64,000 nucleotides of DNA from Calditrichia bacterium (GTDB lineage Bacteria; Calditrichota; Calditrichia; JAJRVZ01), in assembly GCA_963777955.1 (NCBI GenBank), contig CAVZSQ010000022.1, forward strand, positions 768,001-832,000, in the 5' to 3' direction. The notes below the pieces were generated by a model. It ran no database searches and was not told the origin of the DNA. It saw only the letters and a list, made by a program, of their open reading frames with translations. A program made the translations under genes and the position numbers. Positions 33,591 to 44,569 of this stretch are shown here, piece by piece. Within the stretch, counting starts at the first letter, position 1. Every line of letters starts with the position of its first letter.

Positions 33591-34338
33591 AATCAGTCTT
33601 CAGCGGCTGGCTTTATTCATTACTATTCTGCCGTTCATCATTAACGTTGGCCGGGCTCAGGTGCTTGAACCATCAGCACTGCTGACCATGATCCCGCCTG
33701 ACAGCAGTTATGTTTCTCCAGCAGAGAGAATAAATGCAAATCTGAGTTTGATGAATTCAGCAACTCATAAGTCGGCCGGCCGGGCCTTCTTTTACAGTTT
33801 ATTATTACCGGGTCTTGGTGAAGCATACACCGGAAACAGCAACTATACGAAATTCTTTATGACCGTGGAAGCAACCGGTTGGGGTATCTATCTGCTCAAT
33901 CATCTGCAGGTAGTTTCGGGTATGGAGGATTATAAGAATTTCGCGATTGATCATGCCGGCCTGAGCCGCGCCGGTAAGGATGCACAGTACTGGATCAATG
34001 TCGGCAAATATGATACGATATACGACTATAATGAGCAAAAACGAAGAGAAAGGGATGTGGCCGGGCTTTACAGCGAAAACACACAAAATTTCTGGCGTTG
34101 GGACAGTTATAATAACCGGTTGTACTATGACTGGAAGCGGATCCAGACCCGTGAACTGGAACGCAACCAGGTGTACCTGATCGGCGGCCTGGTGTTAAAT
34201 CATCTGTTGTCGGCAATCAATGCCTTGCGCCTGGCCAGAGTACATAACAAACACGCCGGGGCAATGAGCTGGGATTTCCGGATATCGGTCGATCCGTATC
34301 ACCAGGCTGCACTTTTTAACCTTCATAAGACGTTTTGA
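33547..34338 (+). CDS. Membrane protein, DUF5683/TM2-like N-terminal motif (paralog 2); exact start uncertain
   Basis: KSAGRAFFYSLLLPGLGEAYTG; NHLLSAINALRLA. Confidence 0.6.
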   Translation: MERRYNYMVCNYPGKISLQRLALFITILPFIINVGRAQVLEPSALLTMIPPDSSYVSPAERINANLSLMNSATHKSAGRAFFYSLLLPGLGEAYTGNSNYTKFFMTVEATGWGIYLLNHLQVVSGMEDYKNFAIDHAGLSRAGKDAQYWINVGKYDTIYDYNEQKRRERDVAGLYSENTQNFWRWDSYNNRLYYDWKRIQTRELERNQVYLIGGLVLNHLLSAINALRLARVHNKHAGAMSWDFRISVDPYHQAALFNLHKTF

Positions 34339-34419
34339 ACAAAAGAACCTGGCCGGAAAGTAAATTCAAATTATATAACTAGTGAATCAGATATAAATTC
34401 TTATTGCTGCTGAAAATTT

Positions 34420-35748
34420 ATGAATGCCCGGGAAGTCGCCTATTCAATTTTATTCCGTTTTGCACAGGAAAATGGAAGGCTGCATGAGCAGATCGCACTG
34501 GCTTTATCGGCAGGCGGTTTGAGTGATGGTGAAAAAAAGTATATATCCAATATTTGTTCGGGAGTTGTGCGCAATCTGGGTTTGATCGACTGGAAACTGA
34601 GCGGTCTGTATAACGGGGATTACAAGCACATGCTGAACAAAATTAAAACCATCTTACGCCTGGCCATGTACGAGTTGGATTACATGGATTTTATTCCGCC
34701 CCATGCCACGGTGAATGAATTTGCCAGCCTGGCGCGAAAAAAAATCAATGCCCTGGCCGCAGCACAGGTCAACGGTATATTGCGTAATTATCTCAGGGAA
34801 AAAGGGCGTTATGATCCCGAAAAGAAGTTCAAGTATATTGAAACCCAGCTTTCGATAAAATATTCATTTCCGGAGTGGATGGTTAAACGCTGGATACATT
34901 TCTGGGGCGAGGAAGAAACCCGGCAATTATGTGCAGCTTTCAATCAGCGTCCTTATTTTGACCTACGTATTAATACTTTACGGATAAAACCGCAGGAATT
35001 TCTGCAAATCCTGACCGCTAATAAAATTGAGTTCAGTCAGTCAGATATATTCCGGGAGGTGGTTAAGGTCTATGATATCCTTAAAATAACCAAACTTAAA
35101 TTGTTTGCCGATGGTTTATGCAGCGTCCAGGACGAAAGCGGGCAACTGGTCCTGGACCTGCTGGAACCGGTTGCCGATGGATGGCTGGTGGATGCCTGTG
35201 CGGCTCCCGGTGGTAAATTGACGGGAGTTCTGGAACGCCGGTTAAACGGGTATAAGATTATCGGACTGGATGTTAACATGCAGAGATTGAAAATTCTGCA
35301 GCAGAATTGCCGGCGGTTGGGTCTGCAGAACTACGTGTTAATCCAGAATGATGCCACCCGTCCGGCCCTGCGGCGCAGCAATTTTAAACAGATCCTGATC
35401 GATGCACCCTGTTCAGGATTAGGGTCGATTCAGAAACATCCCGATATCAAATGGCGCAGATCATTGCCGGAAATCCTGGAATTTCAGGATCTGCAATTGA
35501 GAATTTTAAAGGCTCAGGCAGAACTGCTGGCCAGTGGTGGATCGATGGTCTACAGTACCTGTACGATCGAACCAGCCGAAAATGAGGTAGTCATAGAGAA
35601 ATTTTTGGAGCTAAATGACGGGGATTTTGAGATCGATCCAATACCTGACCGGTTAGCCGCTTTCAGCCCCGACCGTAAATATCTGCGGACATTCCCGCAT
35701 CGCCATCAAATGGATGGTTCTTTTGCAGTTAGGTTAAGAAAAAAATAG
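34420..35748 (+). CDS. rsmB: 16S rRNA m5C967 methyltransferase
   Basis: NusB-like N-terminus, VQDESG, DACAAPGGK, DAPCSGLG, HPDIKW, VYSTCT..P.ENE, DGSF. Confidence 0.93.
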   Translation: MNAREVAYSILFRFAQENGRLHEQIALALSAGGLSDGEKKYISNICSGVVRNLGLIDWKLSGLYNGDYKHMLNKIKTILRLAMYELDYMDFIPPHATVNEFASLARKKINALAAAQVNGILRNYLREKGRYDPEKKFKYIETQLSIKYSFPEWMVKRWIHFWGEEETRQLCAAFNQRPYFDLRINTLRIKPQEFLQILTANKIEFSQSDIFREVVKVYDILKITKLKLFADGLCSVQDESGQLVLDLLEPVADGWLVDACAAPGGKLTGVLERRLNGYKIIGLDVNMQRLKILQQNCRRLGLQNYVLIQNDATRPALRRSNFKQILIDAPCSGLGSIQKHPDIKWRRSLPEILEFQDLQLRILKAQAELLASGGSMVYSTCTIEPAENEVVIEKFLELNDGDFEIDPIPDRLAAFSPDRKYLRTFPHRHQMDGSFAVRLRKK

Positions 35749-35840
35749 ATAAAATGACCGGGTACTAAAACAGGTAAAATTTATTGCCAAACCGATTATA
35801 ATTATTTAAATTAAAAAGCTCTAATGAAAAGTTGGGATTC

Positions 35841-37161
35841 ATGTTAGAAGATTTAACACGCAGGCTGGAAGCGGTTTTTCAGAAATTACGGGGTTATGGA
35901 AAGTTAAGTGAAAGTAATATTGCTGAAGCGCTTAAGGAAATTCGACGGGCTCTGCTGGAAGCGGATGTAAATTTTAAGGTTGTCAAGGATTTCATTTCAG
36001 CGGTACAGGAACAGGCGCTGGGTCAGGAGGTTTATCGCAGTGTAACGCCCGGTCAGATGATCGTCAAGATCGTGCATGACCAACTGGTCAAACTATTAGG
36101 GGAAACCAGCACTCAACTTAAAACTGCCGGTATTCCGCCCACGATCATTATGCTGGCCGGTTTACAGGGTTCAGGTAAAACCACTTTTGCCGGGAAGTTA
36201 GCCGGTTTTTTACGGAAAAAAGGTCGCCACCCCATGTTGGCGGCAGCGGACATATACCGCCCCGCCGCTGTCGAACAATTAAAAATTGTTGGTCAGCAAT
36301 TAAATATTCCGGTCTATAGTGCTCAGGTGCAGGATGCGGTGCAAATCTGTATCGAAGCCGTTCAGGCAGCACGGAACCAGTCTTGTGATTTGTTGATTAT
36401 CGATACAGCCGGGCGGATGCATATCGATGCCGAAATGATGGCAGAAGCGGAGCGCATCAAGGCCCGGATCAAACCGCATGAAATTTTGTTTGTGGCTGAT
36501 GGGATGACCGGACAGGATGCAGTTACCGTAGCCCGGGAGTTCAATGACCGGCTGGAATTCGACGGTATTGTGCTGACCAAACTGGATGGAGATACACGCG
36601 GCGGTGCAGCTCTTTCCATCCGCGCGGTAACACATAAGCCCATTAAATTTATTGCTACGGGTGAGAAAATATGATGCCATCGAGCAATTTTTTCCCGAGC
36701 GCATGGCTTCACGAATACTGGGGATGGGCGATGTTATCTCCCTGGTCGAAAAAGCACAGCAGGCGGTAAACCAGGAACAGGCCGAAAAACTTGAAAAGAA
36801 ATTACGCCGGGAAGATTTTAACCTGGAAGATTTTTTCGATCAATTGCAGCAGTTAAAAAAGATGGGGCCGCTCGATCAGTTGCTTAATATGATTCCCGGA
36901 CTGGGATCGCAATTGCGCGATGTCAAGATTGAAGACAAACAGTTCGGTAAATTAGAAGCCATCATCAGTTCAATGACCGTTAAGGAGCGGCAGAATCCGC
37001 GCATTATTAATGGCAGCAGGAGAAGAAGAATCGCCGGCGGCAGCGGTACCCGGGTGCAGGATATCAATCAGTTTTTAAATCAATTCGGTCAAATGAAAAA
37101 AATGATACAAAAGATGAAAAGGATGCCGATGAGAGGGTTGGGTAAAATCCCTCTGGCATGA
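35841..37161 (+). CDS. ffh: Signal recognition particle protein (extra A near 36666-36669)
   Basis: ALLEADV, GLQGSGKTT, DTAGR, TKLDGDTRGGAALS, ERMASRILGMGDV, SRRRRIAGGSG. Confidence 0.96.
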
Positions 37162-37192
37162 TCAACCATAGGAAAGTTAGGAGGTATTAAAG

Positions 37193-37714
37193 TTGGCAGT
37201 AAGATTAAGATTGCGACGCATGGGACGGAAAAAGAAACCTTTTTACCGTATAGTAGCCGCCGACCAGAGAGCAGCGCGGACCGGCGGATTTTTGGAAGTG
37301 CTGGGGATTTATGATCCTTTGCTCAAACCGCATAAAGTCGAGCTGAATGAGGAACGTATTGCTTATTGGCTGGAGCGGGGTGCACAGCCTTCCGATACCG
37401 TGCGTAGTTTACTTAAACAGAAAGGTATCAGCTATAAGCGTGAACTGGCTAAAAAAGGGCTGGAGGCGGAGAAGATCGTTGAAGAAATGAGAAAATGGGA
37501 AGTCGTGCAGATCGAAAAAGGCAGACGTCGTGAAGCTGCCAAAACCCGTGCTAAAAAAACCAAAGCGGAGAAAGCAGAATCCGCTGAAGCCAAACCAGAT
37601 GTTCAACCGGCGGATGCCGGTGCCGGTGCAGCCACCGCCGCTGCTGCGGTTGTTGTCGAAAAACCGGCGCAGGCGGATAAAACTCAGGAATCAGCTGAAA
37701 ACCCGCAAAAGTAG
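37193..37714 (+). CDS. rpsP: 30S ribosomal protein S16 with Ala/Lys-rich C-terminal extension
   Basis: AVRLRLRRMGRKKKPFYRIVAAD...GAQPSDTVRSLL; SD AGGAGG, TTG start. Confidence 0.97.
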   Translation: MAVRLRLRRMGRKKKPFYRIVAADQRAARTGGFLEVLGIYDPLLKPHKVELNEERIAYWLERGAQPSDTVRSLLKQKGISYKRELAKKGLEAEKIVEEMRKWEVVQIEKGRRREAAKTRAKKTKAEKAESAEAKPDVQPADAGAGAATAAAAVVVEKPAQADKTQESAENPQK

Positions 37715-37738
37715 CCTCGTTTGCAGAGCGGGCTTTTC
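37714..37738 (+). terminator. Possible intrinsic terminator after rpsP
   Basis: GCCTCGTTTGCAGAGCGGGC imperfect hairpin followed by TTTTC. Confidence 0.35.
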
Positions 37739-37862
37739 TGGACAGATTGTGTACCGTCATGGTCTTGCTGATAGAATTATGTGAATATAATACATGCAAT
37801 ATGCTAATATAATGCAGGTCTAATTTAATCGTTCACAACAGTACTACACAGGAGGAAGTGAG

Positions 37863-38093
37863 ATGAAAGAATTCGTAGAGTACATTGCAAAGCACCTGGT
37901 TGACAAACCCGATGAAGTACAGGTAACAGAAGTGGATGGCGAACGGGTAACGGTGTACGAATTGCGCGTAGGTGAAGGAGACCTTGGCAAAGTAATCGGT
38001 AAGCATGGTCAAACCGCCAAGTCGATCCGCACCCTGCTGGGTGCTGCCTCGGCTAAAGCGGGTAAACGGGCGGTCCTGGAAATTCTGGAGTAG
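37863..38093 (+). CDS. khpA: KH-domain RNA-binding protein
   Basis: LVDKPDEV...[20 protein letters not shown]; position between rpsP and rimM. Confidence 0.93.
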   Translation: MKEFVEYIAKHLVDKPDEVQVTEVDGERVTVYELRVGEGDLGKVIGKHGQTAKSIRTLLGAASAKAGKRAVLEILE

Positions 38094-38130
38094 CGGCGAT
38101 GTCCCTTGTTTTGGAAATCGCCTGATCCTG

Positions 38131-38638
38131 ATGTATTTGATCGGAAACGTTCTCAGGCCGCAGGGACTAAGTGGTGAGGTGAAAGTAGCAGTCTGTCTCT
38201 CCCCGACCGGAGCGTTTTAATTTGTTAAAGAGAGTATACTTAAAAAAAGATAATGTACAGACCTATACGATTGAAGCGGTTCGACTGACCGCGGGAATCG
38301 GGAGGTTTGTATATATAAAATTTAAAGAAGTAACTACGCGTACAGCGGCTGAATCACTGCGCGGTGCAGAAATTCTGGTTGAGCAACAGGACCTGATTCA
38401 GTTGCAGCAGGATGAATATTTTATTCATGATTTGATCGGTTGCCGGGTGCTCAGCGAACAGGGTGTGTACATCGGTGAAATTATCGATGTACTGCAACTC
38501 AGCAGCAACGATGTGTATGTGCTGCAATCTGAAACCGGCAAAGAGATATTGATTCCGGCCATAAAAGAGGTTGTTAAAAAGATTGCTCCGGAATCGAAAC
38601 AGGTTATTGTTCACCTGCTGGAAGGATTAATAGATTAG
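38131..38638 (+). CDS. rimM: Ribosome maturation factor RimM (insertion near 38188)
   Basis: IGNVLRPQGLSGEVKV then a shifted frame ...EYFIHDLIGC...SNDVYV...EILIPAI...LLEGLID. Confidence 0.9.
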
Positions 38639-38647
38639 TTCCCAGAT

Positions 38648-39355
38648 ATGATCGTTGATATCGTTACAGCCTTTCCTGCCATGGTGGCCGGTCCCATTCA
38701 GGAAAGCATGATCAAGCGGGCGGTGGATAACCAGGCGGTGCAAATCCGCATCCATAATCTGCGCAGCTGGACCAAAGACAGGCATCAGACGATCGATGAT
38801 ACCCCTTATGGCGGTGGGGCGGGAATGATATATAAAGTGGAACCGCTGTACGATTGCCTGCAGGATGTTCAGTCGCAGGATAAATCAGCCCGGCAGGAAC
38901 TGATCCTGACTTCACCGCGCGGGCGGTTATTCGATCAACCAACGGCAGTACGGTTATCGCTGCTGGACCGCGTGATAATTGTCTGTGGTCATTACAAAGG
39001 GATTGACGAACGGATTAAACAGTTTTTCCCTTTGCAGGAAATATCGATAGGCGATTATGTTCTATCGGCAGGAGAACTGGCGGCGCTGGTAATCGTGGAT
39101 GCTCTGGTACGGTTACTGCCAGGCACTCTGCATGATATCGATTCTGCCTTCAGCGATTCTTTCTGCGAAGGCCTGCTGGATTGTGATTATTATACACGTC
39201 CGGAGGAATTTAAAGGAGTGGAAATTCCGAAAATACTATGCTCGGGAGATCATCAGAAAATAGCGGAATGGAAACAGCAGCAACGGGAACAGATTACCAG
39301 AGAACGTCGTCCGGATTTATATCGTAAATATCAAAAGTTAAATAAATCGAAGTAG
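38648..39355 (+). CDS. trmD: tRNA (guanine37-N1)-methyltransferase
   Basis: DDTPYGGGAGM, CGHYKGIDER, SIGDYVLSAGE, YTRP, LCSGDH. Confidence 0.97.
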   Translation: MIVDIVTAFPAMVAGPIQESMIKRAVDNQAVQIRIHNLRSWTKDRHQTIDDTPYGGGAGMIYKVEPLYDCLQDVQSQDKSARQELILTSPRGRLFDQPTAVRLSLLDRVIIVCGHYKGIDERIKQFFPLQEISIGDYVLSAGELAALVIVDALVRLLPGTLHDIDSAFSDSFCEGLLDCDYYTRPEEFKGVEIPKILCSGDHQKIAEWKQQQREQITRERRPDLYRKYQKLNKSK

Positions 39356-39364
39356 GAAAATAAA

Positions 39365-39703
39365 ATGGACCTTATTAACACAGTAACTGCCAATCAGTTA
39401 CGTTCAGATATCCCGGATTTCAAACCGGGAGATACTCTGCGCGTGCATGCCAGAGTTATTGAAGGTGAAAAGGAAAGGATTCAGGTATTTGAGGGTGTAT
39501 GTTTGCGCAGACGCGGTAATGGCATACATGCCACTTTTACCGTTCATAAAGTTTCCAATGGTATCGGCGTGGAACGTACTTTTCCCTTGCACTCACCGCG
39601 GATTTCTAAAATAGAGAATAAGAAAACGGGCAAGGTGCGCCGGGCCAAGTTGTATTATCTGCGGAAACTGCGCGGCAAAGCAGCGCGTATATCTGAACAA
39701 TAA
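39365..39703 (+). CDS. rplS: 50S ribosomal protein L19
   Basis: [41 protein letters not shown]. Confidence 0.98.
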   Translation: MDLINTVTANQLRSDIPDFKPGDTLRVHARVIEGEKERIQVFEGVCLRRRGNGIHATFTVHKVSNGIGVERTFPLHSPRISKIENKKTGKVRRAKLYYLRKLRGKAARISEQ

Positions 39704-39962
39704 ACGGTTTCCCCTGATCGGGCGGATCCCCGCACAGAAGAGTTGTTCCCGGACGGCCACAACCTGTCTGCACGATATAAGTCCGCAGCGCCTAATAGCG
39801 GAGTCGACAACACTGATTTTGCAGACTTTATAAAGTTCCGACCGGCGTACGGCCATTTTAAAAACATTGATACCTGAGTCTTTTCGGCACGCTCCACTAT
39901 TATAATTATTGTTTTTTTCCTTATTGAAAAAATCTTTAAATTTATTCAAGAAAGGAATTTAG

Positions 39963-41657
39963 GTGCACAAACTACTGCGTGTTTGTATTTGCTTCATCTC
40001 ATTACTATTGATCCATTCGCAATTTTATTGTGCCGCCCGTGGTGATCCCGATGGGGGGCCGAAAGATCTGATCCCGCCGCAGATTATCGAGACTTTTCCA
40101 CTTCCTGATTCGACAGGTATTAAGAATCTGTCCGAAATCGAACTGACCTTTTCTGAGAGGATGGATGATGGCTCGGTAAACCAATCCGTTTTTATTTCCC
40201 CGCTGCTAAAGTATAAAGCGGATTGGTCTGGCTGGGACAATCTGGTTCTGAAAGTTACGGATACTCTGCGTTCCGATGTTACCTATGTGGTCACGGTCGG
40301 TTCAGCCGCCAGAGACCAGCAAAAAAACAGGATGAAGGAGTCCTATCAACTGGCCTTCAGCACCGGTACGCACATTGATCGTGCAAATATTTCCGGCCAG
40401 GTGTACGGCATGTCCAAACAGGATGTCTTATATGTCTATGCTTACAAGCTGACCGCCGCAGATACATTAAATCCTCTCCGGCAATATGCCGACTATTTAA
40501 GTCAACCCGGCGAGGACGGTTTGTATAAACTGAATTATCTTGCCCCGGGTACTTACCGGATTCTGCTCATTGAAGATCTTAATAAAAATTTATTGTTCGA
40601 TTTAAATTATGAGCGGATTGGAATTCCCGCTAAAGATGTTGTCTTAGATTCTGGTTCGAGTGCCATGACAGACCTGAACTTTACACTCAGCAAGGTGGAT
40701 ACGACTCCGCCTCTTATCACCGGAGCGCGGGCTTTGAATAACCGCACCGTATTATTAAGATGCAGTGAAATATTGAGATCCCTTAGTTCAGATCAACTTC
40801 TGATCTGTGATTCACTTCATACCGATACACTGCAGATTAAGGCGCTGAGTCCCAATAAAGAGGACGGCAAACAGTATTTTATTTATACCGCGGTCCAACC
40901 GGAAAAAACTACCTATTATTTATCAATCCCGGTCATCGCCGATAGTTGCGGTAATGTACAACCTAAATCCCAGATCGTGACCTTCAGTACTTCGGAACAG
41001 GTCGATACAACCAGTTTTAAAATACCCAAAGTCGCTCCGGCTGATAGTGCCAGCAAGTTATCTTTAAGCAGTACCATTACTCTTGAATTCGCCCTGCCGG
41101 TTGACACAACAAATCTATCCCGGGCATTTTCGATTCGGGATGAGCAACAAACCAAATTGACCGGCAAGTGGGTCTGGGAAAATCTGAAAAAGGGTTTCTT
41201 TACTGCTGACGGGGGATTTAAACCGGGCCGATCATACCGGTTTCAAGTGCTGACCCGGGAATTACGGTCGGTGTGGGGCGATACCCTGGCAGATTCCACT
41301 ATTGACCGTACAATCTATACACTCTCTGTTGATGAGTTCGGATCGCTAGCGGGTCGCTATAATAGTGAAAAACCGTTGCCGTATGATGTTTTCTTGGATA
41401 TTTTATCAGTGCGGGACAGAAAAAAAGTTAAACGGGTACAACTCAATGCCGATAATACTTTTCAGGCAGACTTGCTTACCGAGGGATATTATCAATTGAG
41501 TGGTTTTGTTGATTTGAACAAAGATGGCGAGCATTCTACCGGCAGTCTTTTTCCATTTCAATTTGCGGAACCGTTCTATATGCAGACCGATACTATACGC
41601 GTGCGTAAACGCTGGGAAACCGAAAATATTCAATTCATCATTCCGGGAGTGCAATAA
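39963..41657 (+). CDS. Ig-like (Big_5) domain lipoprotein
   Basis: CAARGDPDGGPKDLIPP lipoprotein signature; IELTFSERMD, FSTG, VRKRWE. Confidence 0.75.
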   Translation: MHKLLRVCICFISLLLIHSQFYCAARGDPDGGPKDLIPPQIIETFPLPDSTGIKNLSEIELTFSERMDDGSVNQSVFISPLLKYKADWSGWDNLVLKVTDTLRSDVTYVVTVGSAARDQQKNRMKESYQLAFSTGTHIDRANISGQVYGMSKQDVLYVYAYKLTAADTLNPLRQYADYLSQPGEDGLYKLNYLAPGTYRILLIEDLNKNLLFDLNYERIGIPAKDVVLDSGSSAMTDLNFTLSKVDTTPPLITGARALNNRTVLLRCSEILRSLSSDQLLICDSLHTDTLQIKALSPNKEDGKQYFIYTAVQPEKTTYYLSIPVIADSCGNVQPKSQIVTFSTSEQVDTTSFKIPKVAPADSASKLSLSSTITLEFALPVDTTNLSRAFSIRDEQQTKLTGKWVWENLKKGFFTADGGFKPGRSYRFQVLTRELRSVWGDTLADSTIDRTIYTLSVDEFGSLAGRYNSEKPLPYDVFLDILSVRDRKKVKRVQLNADNTFQADLLTEGYYQLSGFVDLNKDGEHSTGSLFPFQFAEPFYMQTDTIRVRKRWETENIQFIIPGVQ

Positions 41658-41660
41658 ATC

Positions 41661-42491
41661 ATGGAATTTGATTTCTGGAAAATGCATGGTACCGGAAATG
41701 ATTTTGTCGTGGTGAATAATTTCGATTTACGGTTCTCATCCTGGTCCGTGGAATTTGTGAAGGCGGTCTGCCAATGGCATACCGGTGTGGGTGCGGATGG
41801 ATTGTTGTTGCTGGAACCTTCTGAAAAAGCGGATTTCCGCATGCGCTATTTTAATGCCGACGGCTATGAGTCCAGTATGTGCGTGAATGGCAGCCGTTGC
41901 CTGGCCTATTATGCTTATCAAAACGGGATTATTAAACAGCAAGCCCGTTTTGAAGCCGGAGATGGTGTGCATCGGGTTAAAATCGAAAATCATGAACAGA
42001 TTGCCGTGCAGGTACTATTAAATCCTGTACAGGAAAAGAGAACTTTTCCTGTTGATTTTGCCCTGCCTAAGTTCATAAATTTTAAAAGATTTATAAATAC
42101 AGGTGTTCCGCATCTGGTACTGGAAGTGACGCAGATCCAGCCTATCCCCGTGGCTGAACTCGGCAGAGCCTTGCGCTATCATCCGTATTATCAGCCGGAA
42201 GGAACCAATGTGGATTTTGTAGAAGTTGATCGCGGCAGAAAATCTTTAAAACTGAGAGTACGTACGTATGAACGCGGGGTTGAAGCGGAAACCCTGTCTT
42301 GCGGCAGCGGGGTCACCGCCTCAGCACTTGCTTTTATGAATTATCCCCAGCAGAATAACGAGCGGGTTGAGGTGGAAACCTGGGGTGGAAACCTGACAGT
42401 CATGGTCTCCCGCGAACCGGAGCAAATATATTTACATGGACCTGTGCGAGTAATTTTTAAAGCAAAATATTTAAAGGAGGACAATTCATGA
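41661..42491 (+). CDS. dapF: Diaminopimelate epimerase
   Basis: KMHGTGNDF, GVGADG, FNADG..MCVNG.RC, TGVPH, ERGVEAETLSCGSG. Confidence 0.96.
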   Translation: MEFDFWKMHGTGNDFVVVNNFDLRFSSWSVEFVKAVCQWHTGVGADGLLLLEPSEKADFRMRYFNADGYESSMCVNGSRCLAYYAYQNGIIKQQARFEAGDGVHRVKIENHEQIAVQVLLNPVQEKRTFPVDFALPKFINFKRFINTGVPHLVLEVTQIQPIPVAELGRALRYHPYYQPEGTNVDFVEVDRGRKSLKLRVRTYERGVEAETLSCGSGVTASALAFMNYPQQNNERVEVETWGGNLTVMVSREPEQIYLHGPVRVIFKAKYLKEDNS

Positions 42492-43441
42492 GACGTTTAG
42501 TATCTTATCTGGTCTTGATGCTGTTCTTTTCTTCCTGCGCCTGGTTTACCAGTAAGCCGGTCAAGGAGGAATCCAAGGTTGTGGAAGTAAAATCAACTAC
42601 CCCCGAGATTGCACCGGAAGTACTTGTTACCGCAGAGAGTCATGTGAGCGATGGGGTAACTTTTTATCAGAATGCTGAATACAATAAGGCAATCGATTCA
42701 TGGAACCAGGCAGTAGAACTGATACCCGGTGATGCCGAATTGCATAATTTTATCGGCATTTCCTATCATAAACTCAATGACCTGAACCAGGCCGAGAAGC
42801 AATTTACAATCGCTACCCACCTGGATTCGACTTACTACGAGGCCTTTAATAATCTGGGCTATGTTCAGTTTCTGCAGGGTGAATATGATGCGGCGGATCT
42901 GGCTTTCCAGAAGGCATTAAATATTAATCCGAATTATGATCCGGCCAAATCGAATTATGAAAAAACAAAAGAAATCGTCAGCGGCAAATTGAATCGCCAG
43001 GTTTTTGAATTAACCGAACAGGCTGAGAAACTGGATGATGTTGATAAAAAGATCGAATATTACCAGACAATAATAAAACTGGATCCGGCGAATGCGGAAA
43101 GTCATAACAATCTTGCCGTAGCTTATTTTTATGCGGATGATCTGGATAGTGCCTATATGCATTTAAATAAAGCCCTGGTCTTGCGCAAGGATTATCCCGA
43201 AGCGTTAAACAACCTGGGGTATATCTACAAACTTGCTGCCCGTTATCCCGAAGCCATTAATCTGTTCCTGAAAGCAATATCGCTTAAACCAAGATATACC
43301 ATTGCCCTCAATAATCTCGGAGAGACTTATATCCTGAACAAAGAAATTGAAAATGCCAGGCGTGTTTTTCAAACGGTGCTGGAAGTGGATCCGCAGGATG
43401 TTTACGCCAGGGATAGTCTGAATAAATTAAAGATTCAATAA
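42488..43441 (+). CDS. TPR-repeat lipoprotein
   Basis: Lipobox FSSC; repeated A.NNLG...A...P TPR motifs. Confidence 0.85.
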   Translation: MRRLVSYLVLMLFFSSCAWFTSKPVKEESKVVEVKSTTPEIAPEVLVTAESHVSDGVTFYQNAEYNKAIDSWNQAVELIPGDAELHNFIGISYHKLNDLNQAEKQFTIATHLDSTYYEAFNNLGYVQFLQGEYDAADLAFQKALNINPNYDPAKSNYEKTKEIVSGKLNRQVFELTEQAEKLDDVDKKIEYYQTIIKLDPANAESHNNLAVAYFYADDLDSAYMHLNKALVLRKDYPEALNNLGYIYKLAARYPEAINLFLKAISLKPRYTIALNNLGETYILNKEIENARRVFQTVLEVDPQDVYARDSLNKLKIQ

Positions 43442-43449
43442 GGCCGATC

Positions 43450-44527
43450 ATGTATATTATTCTGATGGCCGGAGGTGTCGGCACGCGTTTCTGGCCGATG
43501 AGCAGAAAAACCCGACCAAAGCAGACTTTTGCATATTGTCGGTACCAAGTCGATGTTACGACTGACTTATGAACGTATTGCGACACTGGTTAAACCTGAA
43601 AAGATATTAGTCATTACCAACCAGGATCAAAAAAGTCAGATAGTAAAGCAGTTACCGGAAGTACCTGTTGAAAATATTATCGCCGAACCTTCCGGGCGTA
43701 ATACGGCTCCCTGCGTGGCCCTGGCCAGTGCCATTATTTCAGCCAGAGAAAATGACCGGGAGGTGATGGTCGTGCTGCCGGCAGATCATCTGGTAGCCGA
43801 TGCGGAAAATTTTCAGCGCACCATCCAGATTGGAGCAAAATATGCAGCTAACAATGAATGCCTGCTGACCCTGGGTATTCATCCCCGCTCCCCGGAAACG
43901 GGGTATGGTTATGTACAGATGAACAAGAAAATTTTTGAACAGGAAGACAGAGAATTTTATCGTGTCAAGACTTTTGCTGAAAAACCAAATCTGGAAACTG
44001 CGGTTTTGTTTCTGAAAAGCGGTGATTTTTTATGGAATAGCGGCATCTTTATCTGGTCGGTGCAGTCTATTATTCAGGCTTTTCAGGAACATCTTCCTGA
44101 ATTAGGTATTGACCTGCTAAAAATCCGTGAAGCTGTGGGCCAGGCGAATTTTGATGAAGTTGTCAACGATGTCTATTCACGGACCAAATCGGTTTCAATC
44201 GATTACGGTATCATGGAAGTCGCAAAAAAGGTATGTGTGCTAAAAGCAAATTTTGACTGGAATGACCTGGGCTCCTGGGAAGCGGTTTATAATATCTCCC
44301 CCGGCGATAGTCATGGTAATGTGGTCCATAGTAAGGAACATGTCCTGATCAATGCCAAAAATAATTATTTTTATTCTCAGAAGAAACTGATTGCCGCTGT
44401 TAATATCGAAGGATTGATAGTGGTGGAAATGGATGATGCCCTGTTAATCTGCAAAAAGGAGGATTCGCAGGAAGTCAAAGCGGTGGTGGATCAGTTGAGC
44501 AGAAAGGGAATGAGTTCTTACTTATAA
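43450..44527 (+). CDS. manC: Mannose-1-phosphate guanylyltransferase (insertion near 43525)
   Basis: MYIILMAGGVGTRFWPMSRKTRPKQ from ATG 43450 joins EPSGRNTAP, LPADH, PETGYGY, FAEKP, WNSGIF, SIDYGIME, WNDLGSW. Confidence 0.93.
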
Positions 44528-44569
44528 GCGATTCCGCTGCTAAATCGGATTTACCGTTTGTTAATATGC

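Noticed and set aside
37440..37714. Long S16 C-terminal tail as a novelty
   Set aside because: Ala/Lys/Glu-rich S16 extensions are common in FCB-group and actinobacterial proteins
35841..38638. ffh and rimM as pseudogenes
   Set aside because: Each has one single-base insertion with otherwise intact conserved sequence; ffh is normally essential, so sequencing error is more likely
39704..39960. Known riboswitch, tmRNA, SRP RNA or RNase P RNA
   Set aside because: I could not find the diagnostic consensus motifs on either strand; kept only as an unassigned candidate
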